DNA of 64,000 bases. It comes from Paragordius varius. Its lineage: Eukaryota; Animalia; Nematomorpha. The DNA lies in the NCBI GenBank assembly GCA_964247055.1, contig OZ176052.1, positions 7,440,001 through 7,504,000 of the forward strand. Direction: 5' to 3'. Positions within the stretch are counted from its first letter, which is position 1, and the number at the start of each line of letters is the position of its first letter. Positions 12,643 through 26,982 of this stretch are shown in pieces. Under the pieces are notes generated by a model. The model ran no database searches. It was given only the letters and a program-made list of their open reading frames with translations, and had not been told where the DNA came from. Made by a program: the position numbers and the translations under genes.

Positions 12643-15600
12643 TTAAAGAGGCTTGATTTTATTCATCTTATTGTAATATATGAAATCGTTGGCTAGGTCA
12701 TACATGTGTTTAACCGTCGTTTTGTATATAAAGCCTTTATCCGTCATAAATTTGTGTAAGGCACCGGCACCTTGACGTACATGTAAATATTCCACCGAAA
12801 TTACCTATATCAAAAGCAAAACAATCACATTATTATTTTGTATTATAATATATAAATTAGTAGTATTCGCTTAAATTTTTACGGGTATAATATAAAAATG
12901 GCTATATTAACAAGTTATATATATATATATATTCGCCATTTTTTAAATAGATTGGTTTTAACAGATTATAACAGATGAAAAGTATTATACTGCCATAAAA
13001 ATTATATTGTAATGTATCTTACAATTATCTTAACAAATTGTAAAAAGTTTTATATGTGGACAAAGTTTAGGTACTACTGTAAAATACGTTTTTCTAGTCA
13101 AACTAAACACTTTTACAATCAAACTCAACATTTTTAATTAAAATTTTGAGGATTTTAAACGTTTTATTAAATTTAAATTTTCCTTACTCTATTTTTTTAA
13201 CTATGGGTACTATATTAAAGCCAACGTTTTTTAATAGAAAATTAATTTGTACATATTATTAATTTAATATTAATAAATTATTTCAAGATTCAATAATTAT
13301 AAATTTTTAATAATTATTGAAATAAATAAAACATTACTTTACTAAAGTTTAGTTAATATAAGTCCTATGTTTGGTTTAAGTGTTGAGTTTGATTGTAAAA
13401 ATATTGAGTTTTATTAAAAGTGTAGAGTTTAAAAAAGGGTACAGTTAATTTGTGCTAAATGATACCTTAATATACAGCTCGTCAAACGGTATTGATTGAA
13501 GAACATCAAGTTCAGAACCTTCTACATCCAAAGAAAAATAATCTATAACAGTGCGATTTAGGGCTAGTATGATAGAATAAAGGGGAAAACAGGGTTTCAA
13601 CTTTGAACTTTGTCTGCGTTGTTTTATCTTTTGAGTTTTATCCAATAATTGGATATGTCCCAAATTATATTGTTCTACAAATGGAATCTATATAAAATCA
13701 TAAACAATTGGTAAAAGTACTAATAAATTTGGTTTGCAATTTTATTTCGTCTTTTGTAATTAAGGACTTATTTGATGCATAATACAGAGTTATATTGTTA
13801 TTAATACTATTATGGTAAACCGTGGTTGCATATGTATATTGACTAAGACATGCATTGATGGAATAGGCTTTGCGTTTTTTGCCCAGTAAAAGAGCAAAGT
13901 TCTTGGAATCTGCTTCGACCAAAAGGCCTTTCCACTTCCATTCCCTTTCCAAAAAGAGTGTGTTGGATCGGGTTTCTCCATCCAGTGCACCGCATTCAAC
14001 AAAAAAGCCTGGTTCCTAATAAATTTGGACATAGAATATACATTTTGCAAGAAAAAGCATTGTAGCACCTTTTCAAGCATTACTAAGTTCAATATAATTT
14101 GAAATTGTAAGTCTTATAATTAGGGTTGTGCATATGACTGCTTTTCCAAAAAAGTCCGGTACCCAGTCAGACCATGGTCATGACCACTTTTTACTTATAC
14201 GATATAGGATTGTGAAAATAATGTTCGAACGACACCTGCGTTTCTTAATAATGTCATGTTTTTTAAAAGTTTGTATTATACATTTTTTAAATATTTATTA
14301 TTTACAAATATTTTCAATCAAATTTAATCTAGAATTTGTTTCAAATAAATTTTGCCACATGTTTGTGGCCTTCAGAATCTTTAAATACCTAGCTTTTAAT
14401 ACTATATATTTCAAATAAAATTTTACCTAATTTGTTTTACACATTCTTTCATCATAAATATATCCAATTATATTGTTTTTCACTTTATTGGTTAACATAT
14501 ATGGACTAAAAGCATATTTTACAAAAAGCTTGATTGTTTAGTTTTTTGAATAACTGGATATGCTTAAATGCTAATGTTTTGCAGATGCATGTTTAACAAT
14601 TTTATGTTGTTAAATAAACAAATTTAAATATTTAAATTACATTTTTTAAGAATGTATTAAAAAATTTTTTACTATTTCTCTTCCAAAAAAGTTTACCAGC
14701 AATTTTTAAAAAAACAGCCGTTTTTAAATGACCATGGTCAAAAAAATAAATAGTCACTCACCTGGTCATGACCCGGTCAATTGAGCGGGTCATGACTTGG
14801 TCAGCACAACCCTACATATAATAAATTATAGTATAAAATTAAATGTTTCATTAAAGTCCAGCAATCACGAAAAACACTTATGAATAGCCGCAAATGCCTC
14901 ATGCCACTAAAATCAAATTTGTAAAAAAACAGACGCATTTTTTTGAAATAAAAATTAGTATACACATAAGGGGGATTGCAAGATGATTAGTATGCTAATA
15001 ACCCAGTGGTTCCCAAAAGTAGGGCGTGAAAAATTTGGACAATTTAATTGAAAAAACTAGAAACAAATTGAAAGATTTCAGGTGCGAATTAGTTTTGTCA
15101 CCAATATGGAAAAAATATTTCGAAAAATGCAGATATCAGGATCTCTTTTATTAGGGTTTTTATAATATTATGATATATTTAATATTTTTATCTTGGATTT
15201 TTTTGAGAAAAGGGCGCAGGTTATTTTCAATTTAGTGGGGCGTCAACAAAAAAAGATTGGAAACCACTGGTATAACCCCTTTGCTGCATTTTAAATTAAT
15301 TCTTACATAAAGGTTGTGTTACTATTAAAGGGGCACTTTTCATTAATGCTTTTATATAATTAAACCTATTAGTTTTTAGATCGGTGTAGATATTGGATGA
15401 AATATCCTAAACTTCTTGGTTTTTTAAGTAAAAATATCAACTGTACCAATGTATATAGCATAATATAAATCTTTGAGATTTACCTCATTGTCGATGAGAT
15501 TTCTAATTGCATCGTTTTGACCCATAGAATAATCTTTTTTCCACGGCTCTTTTAATTTATATGAGTCAGTGGAAGGCTAGAGATATATTAAACAATGGTA

Positions 15601-17336
15601 GTTATTATAGAAAAATTTAACTTGTTGAAGTTTTTAAATATGTTTCATTGTGACCCACATAATGTTAAACAATTTTAATTTATATATACCATAAAATATA
15701 TGTGCCGATGTAATTTTGGAACAGTTACCGCTAACTTGTTTGGAAATTTTTTTAATATCGAGCGATCGTTTGAATTTATCAAAATAAGGGTGATTTAAAC
15801 AAAACTTTTTTATTAATTAATATTGGACAGTTATTTTTCTATATTTATCGCAATTAAATAAATTCTGGTGCAAATGCTTTTCTGATTATTTAACTCTACA
15901 GAACAGGGGTGTCCAACACAAATGGTTTCGCGGGCCGCATTTTGCATCAAAAAATTTGACGGGCTGCATTCGCAAAATATATGGTTATTAATAAATATTT
16001 TATTAGATTTCAAACATAAGACTGTAAAAACCACTATTTATTATAACTTTTTTTCGCAAATTCATTGCCAAAATTTGGATTAACTATTCAGAAAATTTGC
16101 TTAAACTTTTGTAAAATTTTGTATTTAAAAATTTTCGCGGGCTCATATAATTTGGAGGACCGCGAGTTGGACACCCCTGCGGTAGACGTTTATTTTAAGA
16201 TAACTATCCCGTTTTAGAAAAGATTGGAACTTTCGAAGCCCATATAAAATTTAAATTTTTGAAAAATTTTATTTTGCTTTTTATAGGTAGTTTATGATAT
16301 ATTTTAGTAATATTTTTTCAAAAAGAGCATTTAGGTTTCACCAAAAAAATTATTTGGAAAAAATGTCTACAAATTTTGATATTTTATGATATGGAGCACT
16401 AACCACAAAAAGGTAAATAATTTTCTTATCTATCATAAGGGCCAAAATCAAAAGCACCATGATAATCCTGATACATTTTACTATCAGAAAATATATATTT
16501 CAACAGGCTATTTTTTTGTGGACACTATGTTTATTCCATTTTTTTCACAGTCTTATGTTTGAAATAACGAAACATTTAGTAAGGATCCTATGCTTTTCGA
16601 ATGCGGCCCGCCGTTTTTTAGTCTAGAAGCCATTTGTAATAAAAACTTCCTACTTTACAATATCGTTTTACAAAATTAAATTATTTTATTTTTAACTTAA
16701 AACTCCTCTATTAAAAATGGTTTAATTTATAATTAAAGGAAAGAGGTCAATCTTATTTGAAAAAAAGAAAGAAAGAAATATAGTTAATAATAAAATGCAT
16801 ACCGGAAATATGTAATAATCTCGAATTAATTGGACAAGTTTAGTGTCATTTTGACCGTGAAGAGAATTGAAAACTTGTGAAAAATCATCAGAGAGCATAG
16901 GTTTAGTTGTTATAGAGTCTGGTATTTGACTGTTATTTGTTCTCAGTGGTTGTTGAAGACTCAAAACTTTTAAATTTTTAATTTTAGATGTTGAATGGAT
17001 ATTCTTGTCTGCTAGTTTCGAATAATAAATGCGTGGGAGCAGAGGTATAACTGGAAAATATGGTGTTCCATTCAAAACAATAACGGATTGCGGGTTAACC
17101 ATAAATTTTGGAAATTTCTGTAATGCCATATTAATTTCCATATTTTGGTTTGCCCTTTCAAGTATATGGAGAGACCCTATGCTAAAATTTGATAGTTGTG
17201 TCTCATTATTTTGCAGTTTTATCCCAATGGCATCGTTTAAAGATGCAAAATAATGTTTGTACCGTATAGCTAATGTAATGAATAAAAATCCACTCACCAA
17301 TAACCCAATCCATATTTTTGCATAATTATATCTCAT
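12643..17336 (-). CDS. Star-like FkbM-family (Methyltransf_21) type II membrane protein
   Basis: Exons 17336-16803, 15576-15484, 14015-13821, 13687-13466, 12804-12643, all phase 0. N-terminal TM IWIGLLVSGFLFITLAI; motifs GFFVECGALDGETRSNTLFLER, WKGLLVEAD and IDYFSLDVEGSE are typical of FkbM/Star proteins. Start codon is uncertain. Confidence 0.88.
14121..14814. mobile_element. Non-autonomous hAT-type element in an FkbM intron
   Basis: TIR TAGGGTTGTGC / GCACAACCCTA; subterminal GACCATGGTCATGACC repeats; near-matching 8-bp flanks cttataat / catataat. Confidence 0.75.
15004..15269. mobile_element. hAT/Charlie-like MITE
   Basis: TIR CAGTGGTTCCCAA / TTGGAAACCACTG; flanks taataacc / gtataacc. Confidence 0.7.
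15904..16179. mobile_element. hAT-type MITE (CAGGGGTGTCC family)
   Basis: TIR CAGGGGTGTCCAAC / GTTGGACACCCCTG with GCGGGCCGC subterminal motifs; no TSD evident. Confidence 0.72.
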
Positions 17337-17805
17337 ATTCTTCCGAAAAAATGAAATACTACACAATGACTAAAATCCCCTCGTTTAAATTATTTGTTTG
17401 ACGGACGAATAAAGCGTTTTGTATTAAAATTGGGAATATATAACTCCCACATATTTGATATTTGTTGGATGACAACACCCAATTCGTTTTCATAAAAATA
17501 TAAATTATTTTAAATATCAATCTAATTCGTAAGGTAAAATCAAATTGTATTATTTGTATGGCAGTGTGTAAAAAACGACATTATTTATTGGATAACAATA
17601 TATTTTCTATAATTACAAAAACGTTCTAAATAATTTAAAAAATAAACATAAGCACATATAAGTTCATTGTTTTACTTTTTAGTCAAATATGAAAATATAT
17701 TTAAAATACAATCTAGGTAAGTTTAATTTTTTGTGTGATGGCATTGATCTACGATTAAATATTTGCATGCAAACAACGGTTATTTTATTAACAATTGTTA
17801 ATTCG

Positions 17806-17806
<1 letters not shown>

Positions 17807-17838
<32 letters not shown>
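17807..17838. repeat. (TA)16 microsatellite
   Basis: Direct reading; shorter TA runs near 12920, 41600 and 43815. Confidence 0.9.
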
Positions 17839-17839
<1 letters not shown>

Positions 17840-18846
17840 GAAAACTCAACCGAAAATGATAATTGAAACTTCAAATTAAGTTTTTTTAAAGAATATTATT
17901 AATAAATTAATTTTTCATAAAAAGGAATTTTGATTACCAAAAAAATTTAATCGAAAGGTCATTGATGCTCCACAAAAACTATAATTAGAAATTGAAAATT
18001 TATATACAATGATAATTGCAATCTATTTAATATCATTTTTTAAGAAAAAAACAACAGTAAACGTTTTTAAAAAATTGTATATAAAGAACCATTTTATCCA
18101 TACTCATTTATATAATTTTTTTAACGCTGAGGACGGACATACGTTAAAGTGTCCGAAACCGTTCGCAAATTTTATTTATTCTATGACACGTTTTTAATAA
18201 ATTTCCATATTTTTTAAAATATACTTTAGCCAAAAAAAATTTTAGGAAATACACAAATGGTTTAAATAAAATTTAGTCTTAATTAAACAAATTAAAATTA
18301 AAAATTGCGTTTTGAAGACGAAACAATAGTTTTGCGTTTTAGGCATTTAATAAAAATAAATATTAATAAAACATCAATATATAAAATAAATTTCCCCAAT
18401 TAGGTTAATGGACTACTATAAAACTATAAGACTTAAATGATAATGATACTACCAATATATACTATTTACAATTCAAATTCACCCTTAAAGAATTAAAATT
18501 CACCCTTAAACGATTCCAATTTACCTTCCAACACTTCAAATTCACCCTCAAATAGAATATGTGTTTTTTAAGGTTAAAAATTACCAATATTTTTGTATTT
18601 TTAAAAAATAATAATTTTGTTTAAAATTATAATAATATTGAAAAAATAATAAACTATGCCATAGAGATATATTTCATATTAATAATGAGTTATATTAGTT
18701 CAAAACAACCAAATTAATTTTTAGGGTGAATTTGAACTGAAAATGATATGTGTTAATATATTAATTTTGCGAAATATGAATGACTCTATTTTAAAAATTA
18801 ACAACATTTTTTATTAAATGTTAAACTATTAATTCAATGATTAAAT

Positions 18847-19415
18847 CAGGGGTGTTTAAAAAGCGGTCCCTCATTTCTTATGGTCCACGAAAAAGTTAAA
18901 ATGAAACAAAATAAATACATATTATAATTTATGAATATTTCATAATAAAGTTATTAAATTTATATCATTTGCCATAAAATATTATTTCTTATATACAAAG
19001 TTATATTTATTTTATTTACTGGCATCATTAATTCTGTAACGAATATTTTAGGGCTGTTTAATATTTATATATAACACATATTAACCTTAAAATGAGTTTA
19101 GTGAAATCCTAGGAGTGCTTTAAGTTAAATTTTGAAATGAAACCGTAAAAATAACTAGATTCAAATTTTTATTGCGGATAAACTTAACTTCTTAATCTAT
19201 GAATGTAAGCATTTGAATAATTGTTACGAAATTATGCCAACTGAATAAACAAAAATTAAAATAATTAGTAGATATATCGTGATCGCCAATTTTTTTCCCA
19301 TGATTAACATATGATAAAATTTTTATTGATGTCTATTTGTTATGTTACAATGCGGCCGACCGTTCTTTGAGCTGAAAATGCGGCCCGCAAAGCTATTTGT
19401 CTAAGACACCCCATG
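18847..19415. mobile_element. hAT-type MITE (CAGGGGTG family)
   Basis: Ends CAGGGGTGTT / GACACCCCATG; 8-bp flanks gattaaat / tattaaat (7/8 match); GCGGCCCGC subterminal motifs. Confidence 0.65.
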
Positions 19416-19747
19416 TATTAAATAATTATGAAACGACCAACTTGCAAAAGGACAAATGCTTATTTATTAAAAATGTGTTCGATACTCTCAATAATAAGAA
19501 ATTAATCAAATTTAAAGTCCAAAATTTAATAACTTGCCTTTTGTATTAACCCAAAACGTAGATAAATATACACATATTTTTGGTATTATAACAAGTCTGT
19601 ATCAATGACATTCGAATAAAAAACTTGTTTGATTTAAAATAAATGATAAACATAAATTATAATAAATACAATTTATTAGGATATGCATGTAAAACATAGT
19701 AAACATGGTCCAATATTTCAATATCAAAAGTATGTCATATCCAGTCT

Positions 19748-22700
19748 TCAATTTTCACGATGTATAAGTACAAAAAGCCCGAGTACTCCCAATAACATAT
19801 ACTAGTAAATGAATAAAATAATGCAATTAACTTTAATTTGGGGATAATCATTCATCCATATAGTAACCATACCAATGTAAGGGGCAAATCTGTAAAATAA
19901 TTAGGATAAAAAATAATTTAAGTGGTTGTTAATATAATTTAAAACATTTTATCTTATCTATATTTAAATAGTGTGACGCATAATATACATATACTAGCCG
20001 ACAAATTTTATATTCATCGAGCTAAAATCAAACAATGAACCTAAAAATTGTTATGACCACAACACAAGTTTAATGATATTCATCAAATTAAACTTAGGTA
20101 TGAAGAAAAAAATATAAAATAAACCCTTTAGCCCTCCCAATAACATCTTTATCTGTTAACCAAAGTTGACCAGGAGCGTATAATCCCCGATCATCAACTT
20201 GATTATTGTCGCCTTTTGTTAAAAATTTGATTGTGCCATTAGATCTAAAAAGGGAGAATAAAAAGTTTATAAATAAGTTTGAAACTTTTCATGAACTTTA
20301 ATGCATCGATGTACAATTGGAATCTCTCGTCCCTCAATCCGAAATACTGTTATATCGCCCACACGGATGGGTTTCCCTTTGTCATGCGTTAAAAACAATA
20401 AATCTCCGCGGTGAAATGCTGGCTCCATTGAACCACTATGTATGAAATAATTATAAAACAAAAAATAATGCTAGTTACTGTTCATAAAGCATAATATTTG
20501 TAGGGAATGTAAATAATCAGTATGGTTGCTTATTTCACACTATAGTTGGGCAATTAGCAACACAGTAGTGGTTGGAAAAAAGAAAGGAAAAATTGTTTAT
20601 TCAACATTTTGTTGCTTTTTCCATACACTACTGCAGTGGTACTCACCAAAATTATTTGACGGGTCAAATAAAATATACATTTTTTTCGAGGGCCAAAATC
20701 TTATCATGGCAAATATTCCATAGCTATTTGACACATATGCACATATGCACATATTTATACTCTAAATCAGCACAATTAATTTTTTGCGGATCGCATGTAA
20801 ATCCAACTAAAAACTCATTTTGCACCATTTAGTTTAAAAAATTAAATATTTTGATAACAACATTTATTTTGATATTAACCAATAATTTTTGACAAATTTG
20901 GTTTCGCCTCATGATAATCTTAATACGTCGTTCATATGATTATCGGTTAAGCGATTTCTGTATCCATTCTTGAAATACCTTATTTTTGAATATGCTGTCC
21001 ACGGGTAACTTGAGAAAAAACAGTTAGGATAACTTGAGCACATTTTTTTATATTTTCATATTTATTTGGCACATCTTGCCAAAACCATACATATCTTTCT
21101 TCTCTTCGATACTCCTTATATATATAGCCTCCGAATCGGAATCATTTTTAAAATCTACGAATTCTTCAATGATATGCGCCTCAAAACCGAGATGCTCAAG
21201 TTGCTTAATCTTGGATATATCCATATACCATGGATTTTCCACGAGTTTTAAGCAATTTTTAATATTTCTTAGTTTTTCAAATCTGAATTTCATTTCATTA
21301 GATAAAAATGCTAAATGATTGTCTATTTTAATTGTTGGAAAATATAGGAGTGTTTTATATAAATTCTTGTTTATATATTATTAATTTTTCTTCAAAAGCA
21401 AATATTTGATTAGCAAATTGGGTTATTACTTTGCTCCCTTGAAAACTTGTATTAAGACTAAGTCTATAAGTAAATGTCGCAAAGGTATGCAATAAAACCC
21501 ACCATTGGTCACTATTAATTTCCTTGTCAAACTTACTGTTATCTTTTATAAATAATACAATCTCATGTCTTAAAACAAAAAATCTATTTAATACTTTGCT
21601 AAGGCTTAGCCATCTCACAGCGGTGTACAAAAGAATATCATCAAACTCACTGTGGATATCTTTCAGAAGGTTTAGAATTTACGGCTATTAAATTCTCCCG
21701 GATGTGATTAACTATATCCACAACCGTTTTAATTACTGAATTGAGTGATTCATCTTTTACAAGGGAAACCAAGTTTTGCTATTGAGTAAATATTTTTCAA
21801 ATTATATTTGTTTTTCAAAAGAAGGATAAATCCTTCGTTTCATGAGGGACAGCCATCTGTGCAGATCGAAACCAATTTTTTCCATAGATATACCATTATT
21901 ATCGAAAAAAGTGCTACCACTTATTAGACATTCTTTTATTAGTTGGGAATCAGTAAACGGTTTCATGTTTTTTCCTAAAATATAACAAATTTCATACGAA
22001 GCTAATGTTACAACTTTTCCTGGGAGAAAGCTATAAAAATAATAGATTTTCTTTCTGGTACTGAATTTTTTATTTATTTGTTTCTTTCCTCATGATTTTC
22101 TGGTAATTTATGAGAATGATGGATTGAAAAATGTCTTTCAATATTGTATTTTTTATAATTATGTTGTCCTTGCATATAAGGCATGTATCAACATTTTTTA
22201 AAAACGACAAAGAATTTTTCTTCCAATTCCTTTTTAAAGAGCGATTTTTATCGGATAATTTACGATTTTTAGCATTAGATGTCATCCTTTGAATTTATAT
22301 TATGTAAATTTTTGCAAAAAATAAGAATATAATTTGAATTATGCTATAAAAAATAAATGATGTTGATTTGAAAAATATTTTATGGGAGTTATAAAAAATG
22401 ATGTAGGATCGCTATGAAAAGAATATGCATATGCAAGTTTGGGTGAAAAGCTTGCTTAAATACAAAAAAAGGAATTCAATAAAAATTTAAAAATAGAAAA
22501 AAAAATAGAATATAGAAACAGAGACAACGTGTGCCAAAATTTTGAAATCATTTTATGTAGGGAAATTTTTCTACCAAATTGGATAAAAAATAGAAATGAA
22601 ATAGATCTAAAGAAAATAAATTAATATTAAAATAAGCGAAAATTCGTTTATGTGTATTTTAAAAATTCATCAATAAAAAAAATAAATTAATTATCAATAT

Positions 22701-23999
22701 GGTCATAGGGCAATTTTAAGGCACTCTAAGGGCCGCATGCGGCCCGCGGTTTGAGTATCACTGCACTACTGTGTTGCAAATTGCCCACCTATAGTGTGAA
22801 ATAAGGACCCATTAAAATGCATACTGTATATGGATAAATCTTATATAAGATGTATAATCAGCATAAATATACTTAGTCATGAAAATAACCATTAATGATT
22901 AAAATAAAAAAATTATTGTAAACTTCTAATTTAATATAAAAAATAATAAATTTTAAATACATCTTAGACAAAACCATGTAAGCGCCATATCAAATGGTGC
23001 AACTTCTTTTCGAAACAATACTAGATATACGGCTACATTTTTAATAAACAAAACCACGGCCAAAATATAATATTATAGAATACAACTTATCATAATTAAA
23101 AATAACTCCAAAAACTTCACTAATTTTTTTGTCATAACAATTATGCACATATGATTATTAAAAATGTTTTTAACACTTCGATTCAAATTGGGGTATCTAA
23201 ATACCCCAAACTAAATTTAAATTGAATTTTTTAAAAAACTACTAAAGGAAACGGTGACAATTTAAATTTATGCTTCTATCCTGATAAATACTATATAAAT
23301 ATGCCAAAATATCTTGATAAAATTTTGTTTTGAAAAAAAAGTTCCACCTCAAACTACTTCGACGCCATTTTTATTTTACAAAAATTTTGCAAAATATCGT
23401 CTTCAATTAATTTTAAGGTTAAAACTAAAGCTTATTTTTTCTATATATTACATCTAACATTAATAGAAATAGAAGAAGCGGTTTATTATGTATTATGTTG
23501 TAATTTAACAATTTGACACATGTCACGTTGACTAAATTTTTGCCTATAAGTTTTAGCTCAAAATAAGTAATATAAAGTATTTTTAAATAAAATTTTTTAT
23601 ATATTTCGGTTTACTAATGTTATATAAGTGCAAAATTTTGCCATGGTTTCGATTGCTTCCATACTCTTTAAACTATTTGATTTTAAACAGGCCTGGGGTA
23701 TCCAACTACCCCAATTTGAATCGAAGGACTAAAATGAGTGTGTTGTATCCAAGTGTTAATTATATTTGGTATTCAAATACAATATCAATTGTACACATCT
23801 TTTACCTTAAAACTACGACTATAGGACTTTCGCTTCCTGTCAAAAACATTAAGCCCTTCCATATCATTAAAGCCGTTGAAACAATTGTACCAAAATTAAG
23901 GACTTGATATATTAGCTAAATTGATTTATTTAAACTAAAAGAAACTTGTCGTTTATTCATTCTCCGAACTTCATCAAAACAACTCAAACTCGAGAGCAT
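19748..23999 (-). CDS. SEC11: Signal peptidase complex catalytic subunit SEC11 (181 aa)
   Basis: Exons 23999-23946, 23915-23806, 20435-20286, 20244-20125, 19889-19832, 19801-19748. They give [91 protein letters not shown]. Confidence 0.97.
20518..22826. mobile_element. Palindromic CAGT-ended MITE (~170 bp) split by a hAT insertion
   Basis: 20518-20570 is an imperfect inverted repeat of 22764-22826 (CAGTATG..CTTATTTCACACTATAG(T/G)TGGGCAATT(A/T)GCAACACAGTAGTG). Confidence 0.7.
20634..22763 (-). mobile_element. Degenerate hAT (Buster/Charlie/SPIN-type) transposon, copy 1, in SEC11 intron 2
   Basis: TIR CAGTG(G/A)TACTCA; perfect 8-bp TSD CACTACTG (20626-20633 / 22764-22771); broken transposase ORFs ([16 protein letters not shown], 21355-21630; 21048-21293); lacks ~300 bp present in copy 2. 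Confidence 0.9.
23174..23755. mobile_element. TTAA-flanked non-autonomous piggyBac-like element, copy 1
   Basis: TTAA|CACTTCGAT ... ATCCAAGTG|TTAA; homologous to 40098-40606 and 40652-41404. Confidence 0.78.
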
Positions 24000-24045
24000 A
24001 ATGCGTGTGCCTTTAATGAATGTAATAAAATAAAATGGTTATCAT

Positions 24046-26955
24046 ATGGATAAGTTTACAAATTTTGAAATAGGTATAATTTTTTAAAATATCAGCAATC
24101 GTTGGCAGTGGTATCGGCGGATCTAGCTTGGCACATTTTTTGGATGTGGAACTCACTGGAGCAAATATTGATATATATGAAATGGCAACCACATTCGGGG
24201 GTCGTGTTCAAGCTATAAATATGCATGATAGATTATATGATTGTGGGGCGTCTATTATACATCCGTCGAATAAATATTTGGTAGAATTTAGAAAAAAATA
24301 TGGTTTTTCTAATTTTTTATAAAAGGTCTTAAGAAAAGAAAGTCATATTCAGGTTTCGGTCCATCAATATACAATGGCGTATCCGTTTCGAATGGATTTT
24401 TGTTCAAAACATTTCTTAGAATTGATAAATTAATTTCGTTTGTGCAAACTTTACGCTTCATCATTGCATGCGGTGTTATAGACTTTATTAAACTATATTG
24501 GGCTCTTCAAAAAATAATTAAAAAATTTACTAGGTATAGTATGTGATATTATTAATTTTCCTAATTAAAATTTTTAGATATTTTTCAGTTTTAAATTTTG
24601 TTAAGGGTAAAGTGACTATTTATTTTTTAGCCAATAACAGGTATTATTAACATCGGACCGGGCGCTGCTGGTTAGGGACTTTTAGACTAAAAATACGAGA
24701 TTATGTTATCAATTGTTTTATATTTTAAATATCCGTTACATATTTTGTAAAAATATGAAATGATTTGTTCATTTTATTTTTGACTATGTGTGATCGAGAA
24801 AAAAACGGTTTTAAAAACCAAAAAACATTAATGATATAGATTTCATCTTAAATATTATCTGTTTATATATTATTTATTCCCGATATTACGCTAAACCTAT
24901 AAACAATGTCTATTTTAAGAATATACACTCTTCAAGGTCAAGACTATGACTACAAAACCATTGAAGATTTATTGAAGCAAATTCAGTTATATGAATTAAC
25001 TCAAATCACGCTCCATTATTACGTAACAAAATGTTTGCATTTATCTCCAAAGATATATGAAATATTGATTGTTCCCGCCTTACGTGTTAATTATGGACAA
25101 GATCCAAAGAAGGTTCCAGCTTTTGTTGGTAATTAAATTCATTTTTTAACATTTTTGATAAAAAAAATAGTTTATTCTAATTAAATAATTTTTTAGCTTA
25201 ATGATTTATTTATTTTTACATCCTAAATTAGGGTTTTTTATTTTTGTTCCAATATTGGAGTATATACAAACTAATTATTTTTTACAATATTTGTAATATA
25301 AAATAATGTTTTTTAATATTTATACCAATGTTAAAATAAAACGAATTTTTATTGCCAACATCTCTAAACCGATTAAATCGCATTTAAACCTGTCTCTTTG
25401 CGTAAATTTAAATAAATGATTAATTATTTGAACCACATCGGTATATATTTTTATTCTCTGATTTTACAATTATTTGTAGGCTCGTATTTAAAAATAATTG
25501 AAAAATTCTATAAGTATAAATATTTCTTAGGCCTCATCTCATTAGCCGCTATGGGAGCGAATCTTTGGAGTTTCGAAGGTGGCAACCGCATAGTAATAGC
25601 CGCTTTGCTGAAATCATTAAACGTGAAAGTCGGGGAATATGAATCGTATTTTGAATCATCTAAATTCCGTAAACATTTGCACACAAAAAATATGGTAACT
25701 TTGCGTTTAAATGCTCAAGTGGAAAGGGTTGAATACGATGAAAGCACTAATAAATATCAGTTGACTTATGTTGAAAGCGAAAAGTATTATATGTATATCT
25801 TTTTATTAAAGGGGAAATTTTTATTACCCTGGTTTAAGACATTTTAAGCCCATGTATTTAATATCATATATTAATACTCATTTATTCAATATTAGATTAG
25901 TGAAAACCTATGATATGGTTTTCATAGCTACCCCAATGAAATTACAAAAAGTTCATATACCTTTTAAAAACAGCTGGTTTATAGATTTAAAAAGTTCCAA
26001 AGATGAGAATACACAGTATCATAAACTTTGGGTAAATTTCCTAGAAAAATGTGATTTTACTTTAAATGCCCACACTTTCGGAACCAGCAATGTCATAGGC
26101 AAAAATTATTTATATCCCTATTTATCGACCAAGAAAAATATATATTTGGATTCTATCCTAACCAGTCCGATTGGTAAAATTTATAATTCCAACGATATAT
26201 AAGATTTTTATAGTAAATTTAACTTTTATAAAAAAATGGATATCCAAATATATTTATTTTGATCACAGCACACGAAAATTTTAGGTTAATATTTTTTACA
26301 CAAAATAAACCTGACATTTGACGTTTTCACAATGGATATTTAATTTTTTAATTTTTTAAATTAATTTTCTACGGTATATCTTAACGCACATTATATAATT
26401 AAAACAGATGAATCATTCGCTGAACAATGGAATTCAGCTTCTCACATAATGCCTGTGGATTATAAAGCTAAAATTAATAAAATGACAAGAATGTGGATGC
26501 ATCTGAAAGCACGATTCTCGCCTTCCAATTTAAATTATGCACCATTATTGGATCGGACATATGATACGGAAATTACGGATCAAAAATTAGGTTGTTGGAA
26601 AATATTTTCTAATAAAGAAATTTCCGAACAAACTTTAACTCAAAAATTGTTTGAACAAAAAATGGTTGGGAACGAATGCAAATTAGCGAGGAAAGAAATT
26701 ATTTGGCATGCGTACCCTGATTATAAAACACTTTGGAATGATCCATCTACATTGCTAAATCATTCCTCATCAAATGGAGAAATAAAATATTCGTTTCCAC
26801 CCATAATTTGGCATCAAAATGCAATGGGTGGTGGAGTGTATCATTTGAATTCAATAGAATGGTTAGCTTCGACCATGGAAACTAGCTGTATATCAGCTAA
26901 AAATTGTTCCCTTTTAGCCCTCAAACATTATAAAATATGTAGTAAAATGAAATAA
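24046..26955 (+). CDS. PCYOX1: Prenylcysteine oxidase / prenylcysteine lyase
   Basis: Exons 24046-24073, 24096-24302, 24326-24533, 24920-25128, 25531-25783, 25896-26173, 26408-26955. FAD-binding IAIVGSGIGG, GGRV, GASIIHPSN, VNYGQ, LWSFEGGN, WHAYP, IEWLASTMETSCISAKN. Exon 1 is the least certain. Confidence 0.9.
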
Positions 26956-26982
26956 ACATATAATTTTTTATAAACGCATGTA

